Of a DNA stretch of 64,000 nt, positions 57,411 through 64,000 are shown one piece after another. Source of the DNA: Flavobacteriales bacterium (lineage in GTDB: Bacteria > Bacteroidota > Bacteroidia > Palsa-965); the NCBI GenBank assembly GCA_040377305.1, contig JBEIPA010000019.1:39961-103960 (forward strand). Reading direction: 5' to 3'. How positions within the stretch are numbered: position 1 is the stretch's first letter; each line of letters opens with the position of its first letter. The notes under the pieces were generated by a model. The model was not told the origin of the DNA and did no database searches. It was given only the letters and a program-made list of their open reading frames with translations. The position numbers and the translations under genes are program-made.

Positions 57411-59232
57411 ATTCACGTGGAATTTGCTTCAGTTGCGCCTTCAAACGATCAACCTCTCCCCGCGCCTTGTCAACTTTCTGCTGGTAATCTGCAACAAGTG
57501 CCTGTGCACCTTTTGATTTACCAAAGAATCCAAGATTCGTTTCGAGTGTATTGATTTCGCCGGTGAGACGTTTGATTTTGTCATTGATATTCATGCGCTC
57601 ACGCTGCAATTGCTCTTTGCCTTTATCGGTAGAACGCAATTGATCAATGCGCATGCGCTGCAAGGTAGTTTCATCGCCACCACGTTCCTTCAGCTGATCC
57701 ATCATTGCATCCTGAACAGCTTTCCACTCCTTGTCTAAGCGATCTTTATCAGCACGTGCCGCATAAGGAAGCTCCGACCATTTCTTCTGCTGTTCTGCAA
57801 TTACACTTTTCGCTTCATTCAGATCCGGAGGAAGAACTACAGCCTTCTGCTCAGCAATAAATGCTTCACGCGCGTCTGAGTTCGCTTTATAACTCGCATC
57901 CTGTTCGGCAAAGTGCTTGGTCTTATTCTGGAAGAATGCATCAGCGGCACCACGGAAACGTTCCCACAGTTTATCGCCAATCTTCTTCGGAACCGGACCG
58001 GTTTTCTTCCACTCTTCCTGCAGTTGTTTGAATTTGTTCGGAGTGTTTTTCCAGTCCGTCGAATCTTTCATTGCTTCAGCACGTGCAATCAACGCTGTTT
58101 TGTCGTCGACATGCTTCTTGTGCGTTTCGCGCTGTGCACCATAGTAACCTTCACGTGCTTTGAAAAACTTCAGACGGGAATCGCGGAAATGTTTCCACGT
58201 CTTGTCTTCGTCTTCCTTCGGAACGTGACCAATTTTACGCCACTCTTCGAACAAGCCTTCCACCGTTTTACCAGCTTCCTGCCATTCGCGGTGCGATTTA
58301 TATTCCTTCGCAGCCTCGGCGTCCATTTTCGCCACGAGGTCTGTTTTAAGCTTCAGGTTCTCACCTTGTTTTTCTTTCGCGTCTTCGAGTAACGCTTGTT
58401 TCCGTGTATGAACTGAATCAGATGCCGCTTTGAATTTCTCCCAAAGCTGCTCGTTCACGTCTTTCGCAGCAGGACCAATTTCTTTCCACTGCTCATGCAA
58501 TACACGCAATGCGTCAAGCGACTTGCGAACCGATGGCTCATTCGCTAAAGCTTCTGCTTTCGCAATCAACTCCTCTTTCAGCTCGTGATTCTTCTTGTGA
58601 TCAAGCTCACGCAACTCGCGTGAAATCTTAACAACGTCGAAGAAACGATCGAGGTGATGCTGCCAGTTGTTGCGCAACTCACTCGCATTTGCAGACGGCA
58701 CAGGTCCGATCTCGCGCCAACGTGCCTGTAGATCCTGCAACTTATCAAATGCTTTATTCATGCTCTCACTCGATTCAGCAAGAGCTTTTAATTCGTCAAG
58801 CAATTCTATTTTGCGACGAAGGTTGTTGCGTGTTTCCGCTTCCTTCGTGCGTTTCTGCTCTGTACGTTTCAGATTATATTTACGAAGTACTTCTTCGAAT
58901 TGCTCAGCGAGTTTATCAGCAGAAGGCATGAACACATCATGCTCATCCTCCTTGTTTGCTTCCCAATCACGGCGCTTTTTCTCCAACTCCTCTTTCGTGT
59001 GCTCACGGAAAAGTTCTTTCACCTTCTGCACACTTCCGCGTGTAGGGTCAAGATCGGTTTGGTTTGCAAGATCGTTGAGTTTAGCAAAAAGCTCTTCCCG
59101 GCTTAGGCTCGTGAAATCTTCTGCCGTTGGCAACTCGTCATGATGTTCGCCTTCTTCGTGAACAACTGCATTCAGATCCTTTACATCTTCAGGACTCTCT
59201 GATTGTTCCGACTGTACTTCGTTCGTATTCAT
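57409..59232 (-). CDS. DUF349 domain-containing protein
   Basis: Repeated W(R/K)xIG(P/H)(V/A)P...W.(K/R)F helical units; C-terminal LETNLGFF. Confidence 0.92.
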   Translation of the reverse strand: MNTNEVQSEQSESPEDVKDLNAVVHEEGEHHDELPTAEDFTSLSREELFAKLNDLANQTDLDPTRGSVQKVKELFREHTKEELEKKRRDWEANKEDEHDVFMPSADKLAEQFEEVLRKYNLKRTEQKRTKEAETRNNLRRKIELLDELKALAESSESMNKAFDKLQDLQARWREIGPVPSANASELRNNWQHHLDRFFDVVKISRELRELDHKKNHELKEELIAKAEALANEPSVRKSLDALRVLHEQWKEIGPAAKDVNEQLWEKFKAASDSVHTRKQALLEDAKEKQGENLKLKTDLVAKMDAEAAKEYKSHREWQEAGKTVEGLFEEWRKIGHVPKEDEDKTWKHFRDSRLKFFKAREGYYGAQRETHKKHVDDKTALIARAEAMKDSTDWKNTPNKFKQLQEEWKKTGPVPKKIGDKLWERFRGAADAFFQNKTKHFAEQDASYKANSDAREAFIAEQKAVVLPPDLNEAKSVIAEQQKKWSELPYAARADKDRLDKEWKAVQDAMMDQLKERGGDETTLQRMRIDQLRSTDKGKEQLQRERMNINDKIKRLTGEINTLETNLGFFGKSKGAQALVADYQQKVDKARGEVDRLKAQLKQIPRE

Positions 59233-59284
59233 ACTCTATTTAGACTGAAAAACCTTGTCACATGACAAGGTCGATTTTGTTTCT

Positions 59285-59292
59285 CAAATGTA
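59285..59292 (-). promoter_or_regulatory. -7 promoter box TACATTTG for the DUF349 gene
   Basis: Exact TAnnTTTG match upstream of 59232. Confidence 0.55.
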
Positions 59293-59317
59293 GGGTTTTT
59301 ATATAAAATACGGAAAG

Positions 59318-59420
59318 CGGAATCAGGGATTTGGGGATTGGTTAATTATGGAATTCGGGCAGCATAAATAGTCAAATCGCCATGTAAATTCCATAATTCC
59401 CCGATCCCTAAATTCCCGAC
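59318..59420. repeat. Octamer (GGGATTnn/GGAATTnn) tandem-inverted hairpin between divergent promoters
   Basis: cggaatca-gggatttg-gggattgg-ttaattat-ggaattcg ... aaattcca-taattccc-cgatccct-aaattccc. Confidence 0.75.
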
Positions 59421-59437
59421 CTCATTTTCTAAATATG

Positions 59438-59445
59438 TACATTTG
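59438..59445 (+). promoter_or_regulatory. -7 promoter box TACATTTG for paaZ
   Basis: Exact TAnnTTTG match upstream of ATG 59476. Confidence 0.55.
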
Positions 59446-59475
59446 AAGTCATCACAACAATCACAATAGACTAGT

Positions 59476-61572
59476 ATGAAATTACAGAACTACGCACTCG
59501 GAAAATGGGTGAATGGAGACGGAAACGGACAAGAGCTTTTCAACGCCATAAACGGAGAAATTGTTGCTACTGCTTCGAGCAAAGGATTAGATTTCGCTGC
59601 TATGTGCGATTATGGAAGAACCGTTGGTGGTCCCAACCTCCGCAGGATGACTTTTCACGAGCGGGGCCGTATGATGCGTGCTTTGGCGCTGCATTTACTC
59701 AGCAAGAAAGATCAGTTCTACAAGATTTCCTGGGCAACGGGTGCAACTAAAAGCGACAGCTGGGTTGACATCGAAGGCGGAATCGGAAATTTGTTTGCGT
59801 ATGCTTCATTGCGCCGCCAGTTTCCGGATGAAACATACTGCGTCGAAGGAGATGTGATTCGTCTCTCGAAAGAAAATACATTCATTGGTCACCACATTTG
59901 CGTTCCGAAAAAAGGTGTTGCTGTTCACATTAATGCATTCAACTTTCCCGTTTGGGGAATGCTGGAGAAAGTTGCAGTAAACTGGCTTGCGGGTGTTCCT
60001 GCAATTGTGAAACCTGCAACACTTACCTCTTTTCTGACGGAAGCCGTAGTGAAAGAAATTATTGCTTCGGGAATTCTTCCTGCTGGTGCCTTGCAATTAA
60101 TTTGCGGCTCAGCGAACGGATTACTCGACCACATGACTAATCAGGACGTGGTTACGTTTACCGGCTCAGCTTCTACCGGAAGAATGCTGAAAACTAATCC
60201 GCGTCTCATTGAGGAATCGGTTCCGTTCAACATGGAAGCTGATTCACTTAATTGTTGCATTCTCGGAAAAGATGTAACGCCTGCGATGCCCGAGTTTGAC
60301 ATTTTCATCAAGGAAGTGGTGCGTGAAATCACAACGAAAGCCGGCCAGAAATGTACTGCTGTCCGCCGCATCATTGTTCCGGAGAACATGATTGAGGATG
60401 TTCATATTGCGCTCGGAAAACGTTTGGCTTCAACCGTAATCGGTGATCCGAATGTGGAAGGTGTTCGTATGGGCGCACTCGCAGGCATGGGTCAGCGTGA
60501 AGAGGTGATGGAGAAAATTGAGATCCTTTCGAAGACGCAGAAAATGATAATCGGCGATTTCGAAAAATTCGAAGTGAAAGGTGCTGATAAATCCAAAGGC
60601 GCGTTCATGCCTCCTGTGATTTTCCTCAATGATAATCCGTTCAGTAATCTCGACTGCCACAATATCGAAGCATTTGGTCCGGTGAGCACATTGATGCCTT
60701 ACAAGACCACCGAAGATGCAATTCAACTGGCTCGCCTTGGTAAAGGTTCACTGGTATCATCAATTGTTACTGCTGATGGAAAACTCGCACGCGAATATGT
60801 ACTCGGCGCAGCTGATATGCACGGACGCATTCTCATTCTCAACAGCGAGTGCGCGAAAGAAAGCACGGGTCACGGTTCGCCGCTACCAATGCTCGTTCAC
60901 GGAGGACCTGGTCGCGCTGGTGGTGGAGAAGAAATGGGTGGCAAGCGTGGAGTGTTCCATTACTTGCAGCGCACCGCGGTTCAAGGTTCACCAACAATGA
61001 TTACTGCAGTTACAAATCAGTATCAGGTTGGCGCTAAATATATCGATAAAGGAATTCATCCTTTCCGCGAGCACTTCGAAGATCTGGAAGTTGGTGAAAC
61101 ACTCATCACTCCTACTCACACGGTAAGTGAAAGCGACATAATCGACTTCGCGAATCTAAGTGGCGACAAATTTTACGCGCACATGGATCCAAAATCGTTG
61201 GACGGAACAATTTTCAAACGCACCGTTGCACACGGATACTTTGTTTTGTCGCGCGCGGCAGGATTGTTTGTTGATCCACCGAAAGGTCCCGTGTTGCTCA
61301 ACTACGGTATTGACGAATGTCGTTTCACCAAACCGATCTATCCGAAAATGACAATCGGTGTTCGCTTCACCTGCAAAGAGAAAATCGAAAACGACAAACC
61401 ACTGAAAGCCGCTGATGGTTCCGAAGTAAAATGCGGAATTGTGAAGTGGGTGGTCGACGTTTACGACGCAAGCACGCAGGATGTACGCGATGAACTCGGA
61501 GTTGAAGGTGCAACAGGTGATACCGTTGCAATCGCTACGATTCTTACAATGGTGAAACTGAAGAATCAGTAA
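59476..61572 (+). CDS. paaZ: Phenylacetate degradation bifunctional protein PaaZ (ALDH plus MaoC hydratase)
   Basis: HINAFNFPVWGMLEK, FTGSA, MEADSLN, KAGQKCTA, STGHGSPLP, MaoC FANLSGDKFYAHMD, VAHGYFVLS. Confidence 0.95.
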   Translation: MKLQNYALGKWVNGDGNGQELFNAINGEIVATASSKGLDFAAMCDYGRTVGGPNLRRMTFHERGRMMRALALHLLSKKDQFYKISWATGATKSDSWVDIEGGIGNLFAYASLRRQFPDETYCVEGDVIRLSKENTFIGHHICVPKKGVAVHINAFNFPVWGMLEKVAVNWLAGVPAIVKPATLTSFLTEAVVKEIIASGILPAGALQLICGSANGLLDHMTNQDVVTFTGSASTGRMLKTNPRLIEESVPFNMEADSLNCCILGKDVTPAMPEFDIFIKEVVREITTKAGQKCTAVRRIIVPENMIEDVHIALGKRLASTVIGDPNVEGVRMGALAGMGQREEVMEKIEILSKTQKMIIGDFEKFEVKGADKSKGAFMPPVIFLNDNPFSNLDCHNIEAFGPVSTLMPYKTTEDAIQLARLGKGSLVSSIVTADGKLAREYVLGAADMHGRILILNSECAKESTGHGSPLPMLVHGGPGRAGGGEEMGGKRGVFHYLQRTAVQGSPTMITAVTNQYQVGAKYIDKGIHPFREHFEDLEVGETLITPTHTVSESDIIDFANLSGDKFYAHMDPKSLDGTIFKRTVAHGYFVLSRAAGLFVDPPKGPVLLNYGIDECRFTKPIYPKMTIGVRFTCKEKIENDKPLKAADGSEVKCGIVKWVVDVYDASTQDVRDELGVEGATGDTVAIATILTMVKLKNQ

Positions 61573-61576
61573 TCAC

Positions 61577-62230
61577 ATGCCGATCACGATTGATGTATTT
61601 GAAGATCCGCTCAGCGATGTGGGCAAAGTCTTTCACATCGACAATCGTACAATTCAGTACCACGACACTGAAATGTTCATTTACGAGGTTGCCGGATTCA
61701 TGTATGGGACGGTAACTCAGTTCTACGATGGAATCAATACGCATGAAGGTTTTTCCACCGTAACCATCATGGATACTTCAGGCGATACCATCAACATTCA
61801 CATTAAGAGCACCTGGCAAACTCAAGCCGAAGATCATCGCATTGCGAATGAAGTTGCAACTGCCTTGTGGAAATACGTTGGCAACAAGCTAGTGAACGAC
61901 ATGATGCGCGCGATTCACGCTGGCGTTGAAGTAAAAGTCGGAACAGTAACTGCACACAAAGGCGGAATCCGTTTCGAGAACACCGACGTTTGGGGCCAGA
62001 ACTCCAAATGGGATATTCCCTGGGAAGTTGTCGGCTGTCAAATCCACAACGGGCGTATGATGATCTATTCCTTCACCGACAAAGCATGCACGCATTGGCT
62101 CGATTTGAGAACGGTAATGCATGCGCATACATTATGCGGCATCATACGCATGATCATGACGGATCCGCCCATGATGTTAATTCTCAAAGGGCAGAGAATG
62201 CCGTTCCCGTACTATTCACCAAATGATTAA
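61577..62230 (+). CDS. Hypothetical protein
   Basis: 217-aa ORF 4 nt after paaZ; no family recognised. Confidence 0.75.
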   Translation: MPITIDVFEDPLSDVGKVFHIDNRTIQYHDTEMFIYEVAGFMYGTVTQFYDGINTHEGFSTVTIMDTSGDTINIHIKSTWQTQAEDHRIANEVATALWKYVGNKLVNDMMRAIHAGVEVKVGTVTAHKGGIRFENTDVWGQNSKWDIPWEVVGCQIHNGRMMIYSFTDKACTHWLDLRTVMHAHTLCGIIRMIMTDPPMMLILKGQRMPFPYYSPND

Positions 62231-62251
62231 TTCATCAGTCGTATAAATCTT

Positions 62252-62761
62252 ATGGATCCAAAATCAGAACTCGAAACACTTCGCAACATGGTTGATGTAA
62301 CACGTCAGCTTGCACATTTTGCATTGAAGAAACTCGCCGGAAAAGAATCCGAATTCCAAAAACGATTCGATGTAGAAGGGCGAAAGTTGAACAATGTATA
62401 CTGGCTGGTTGCGCACATGACGTGGGCAGAGAACAATCTCATCATACGCTCAACGGGCGGACCAAATCCGGAAGTGCCGTGGCTCAAATACTTTGCACTG
62501 GGAAAATCAGCCGATGAAGGTGAAAATTGCGGAGTTCCCTACGAAGAAATTTACGCCGGTTTCAAAAAGGTGCATCAGATAGCGATGGATCAGTTGACAC
62601 AAATGGACCCTGCATTGTTGGACGCGGAAAACAAACTCAACTGGGAAATTCTAGGTGGCAAAACGATGCGCAACACGATTATGCATCACATTCGTCATGA
62701 GAATAATCACATCGGGCAATTGTTGTGGTTAGTGAATTTGCACGGAGTGAAAACGATCTAA
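62252..62761 (+). CDS. DinB family protein
   Basis: NNVYWLVAHMTWAE and HHIRHENNHIGQL metal-binding histidines. Confidence 0.88.
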   Translation: MDPKSELETLRNMVDVTRQLAHFALKKLAGKESEFQKRFDVEGRKLNNVYWLVAHMTWAENNLIIRSTGGPNPEVPWLKYFALGKSADEGENCGVPYEEIYAGFKKVHQIAMDQLTQMDPALLDAENKLNWEILGGKTMRNTIMHHIRHENNHIGQLLWLVNLHGVKTI

Positions 62762-62849
62762 TCAATGCGCAATTTTCAATACGCAATGCGCAATACCACA
62801 AGTGGATATTTACTGCGCATTGCGTATTGCCAATTGTGTACTGCGCACT
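62762..62849. repeat. Heptamer (CAATGCG) tandem-inverted hairpin between the convergent DinB and panB stops
   Basis: caatgcg-caatttt-caatacg-caatgcg-caatacc ... tactgcg-cattgcg-tattgcc-aattgtg-tactgcg-cact. Confidence 0.85.
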
Positions 62850-63663
62850 AGTATTGTTCGTTTTTATTCGGAAAATCTTTCGACTTCACATCCTTCACGT
62901 ACTCTCCAACTGCACTTGTGATCACTTCATTCAGGTTTGCATAACGACGCAGGAAACGCGGATTGAATTCTTTCGTTAGTCCAACCATGTCGTGATACAC
63001 GAGCACTTGTCCGTCCACTCCTCCACCTGCTCCAATACCGATAACCGGAATCGAAAGTTGTGATGCAACTGTTTCTGCTAATGTTGCAGGAATTTTTTCC
63101 AACACAAGCGCAAAGCATCCGGAGTTCTGCAGCACGTGCGCATCTGAAAGCAATCTCGCAGCTTCATCTTCTTCTTTCGCACGCACGGTATACGTTCCGA
63201 ATTTATAAATCGATTGTGGCGTTAATCCAAGGTGACCCATCACCGGAATTCCCGCAGTGAGAATTCGTTCGATTGATTCTTTGATCTCTGCACCGCCTTC
63301 GAGCTTCACCGCGTGTGCACCAGATTCTTTCATGATCCGGATTGCAGAGTTCAATGCTTCTTTCGAATTTCCCTGATACGATCCGAAGGGCAAATCGACC
63401 ACGATCAAAGCACGATCAATTCCCCGCACGACGCTCGACGCGTGATAAATCATCTGATCCAACGTAATCGGAAGTGTCGTTTCGTGACCAGCCATAACGT
63501 TCGAAGCAGAATCTCCGACAAGAATCACATCAATTCCCGCTGCATCAATAATCGAAGCACTGGTGTAATCGTATGCCGTAAGCATTGCGATTTTCTCACC
63601 CTTGCGCTTCATTTCCTGCAGCGTGTTGGTGGTTACTTTTTTGATCTCTTTGTGGATAGACAT
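62848..63663 (-). CDS. panB: 3-methyl-2-oxobutanoate hydroxymethyltransferase
   Basis: [48 protein letters not shown]. Confidence 0.97.
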   Translation of the reverse strand: MSIHKEIKKVTTNTLQEMKRKGEKIAMLTAYDYTSASIIDAAGIDVILVGDSASNVMAGHETTLPITLDQMIYHASSVVRGIDRALIVVDLPFGSYQGNSKEALNSAIRIMKESGAHAVKLEGGAEIKESIERILTAGIPVMGHLGLTPQSIYKFGTYTVRAKEEDEAARLLSDAHVLQNSGCFALVLEKIPATLAETVASQLSIPVIGIGAGGGVDGQVLVYHDMVGLTKEFNPRFLRRYANLNEVITSAVGEYVKDVKSKDFPNKNEQY

Positions 63664-63683
63664 CGGCGCGTTTTTACTTGGAA

Positions 63684-63691
63684 CAAAGTTA
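63684..63691 (-). promoter_or_regulatory. -7 promoter box TAACTTTG for panB
   Basis: Exact TAnnTTTG match 20 nt upstream of the ATG. Confidence 0.55.
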
Positions 63692-63695
63692 CTCG

Positions 63696-63924
63696 TAATG
63701 TGCTAATTTGCTAATGGGGTAATGTGCTAATGAATCACGGCGCTAAATTCAACCCCTTCAGGGTTGGGTTCATTCACGTTATTTTTTCTACCGAAATTGA
63801 AGCCCTTCAGGCTTCCACGTACAACAACTCAGAAGGAGTTGAATTTCGGCAGAAAAAATAGTTCAAGCCCTGAAGGCGTTGAATTTTCATTAGCAAATTA
63901 GCACATTACCCCATTAGCAAATTA
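63696..63924. repeat. Composite element: octamer TAATGTGC inverted arms enclosing a REPIN/BIME-like palindrome
   Basis: Arms 63696-63734 and 63886-63924; inner 63745-63886 long hairpin with four small palindromes (AACCCCTTCAGGGTT, AAGCCCTTCAGGCTT, AACTCAGAAGGAGTT, AAGCCCTGAAGGCGTT). Confidence 0.85.
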
Positions 63925-63925
63925 A

Positions 63926-64000
63926 CTACCAACCCCAAATCGTTTCTTCAACGCCGATGAACAGCGCACCCTCACGTTCTTCAACCGGAAACACGCGTGC
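63926..64000 (-). CDS. 3' end of a gene cut by the window edge, probably a Rieske 2Fe-2S ferredoxin-type protein
   Basis: Translates ARVFPVEEREGALFIGVEETIWGW*, resembling the (Y/F)PV...G.(V/L)(Y/F)I tail of small Rieske ferredoxins; only 25 codons visible. Confidence 0.5.
   Translation of the reverse strand, partial: ARVFPVEEREGALFIGVEETIWGW

Noticed and set aside
57913-59143. Long antisense ORFs within DUF349 (and similar shadows in ddl, dnaK and panB)
   Set aside because: Typical shadow ORFs caused by codon bias of the real gene; no motifs or start signals

Overview
A 64-kb chromosomal segment from a Bacteroidota bacterium. The assignment rests on T9SS C-terminal sorting domains, DUF349/DUF4834/DUF4783-type genes and repeated TAnnTTTG -7 promoter boxes. 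In order, the window holds: the 3' part of dnaK; an accessory stretch of small hypothetical or membrane genes interspersed with REP/BIME-like repeats (1.5-7.4 kb); a minus-strand cluster of T9SS cargo, PASTA protein, tandem-duplicated Ddl, rdgB and wecE; a plus-strand Wzm/Wzt glycan locus with a sulfotransferase, three methyltransferases, an acyltransferase, GTs and galE (14.9-28.3 kb); housekeeping genes (rlmH, nadC, yihY family); an M1 peptidase fused to an Omp85-like barrel; a second, minus-strand glycan locus (yfhO, LegC-type amino-sugar genes, WecF-like GT, flippase, GT4) interleaved with two antisense PKD/T9SS surface-protein genes; a probable 6S-like RNA; DUF349, paaZ, DinB, panB and the end of a Rieske-type gene. 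No rRNA, tRNA, CRISPR array, transposase or integrase was recognised. The best leads are (i) a two-module Ddl whose second module carries substitutions at the positions linked to D-Ala-D-Lac specificity, (ii) the M1 peptidase-Omp85-like fusion, (iii) a family of 7/8/9-mer tandem-inverted repeat hairpins that often begin at stop codons, one with a nested REP-like element, (iv) a sulfated/methylated ABC-exported glycan, and (v) a truncated Leg-type pathway with a WecF-like transferase. All family calls come from motif recognition by eye; no searches were run.
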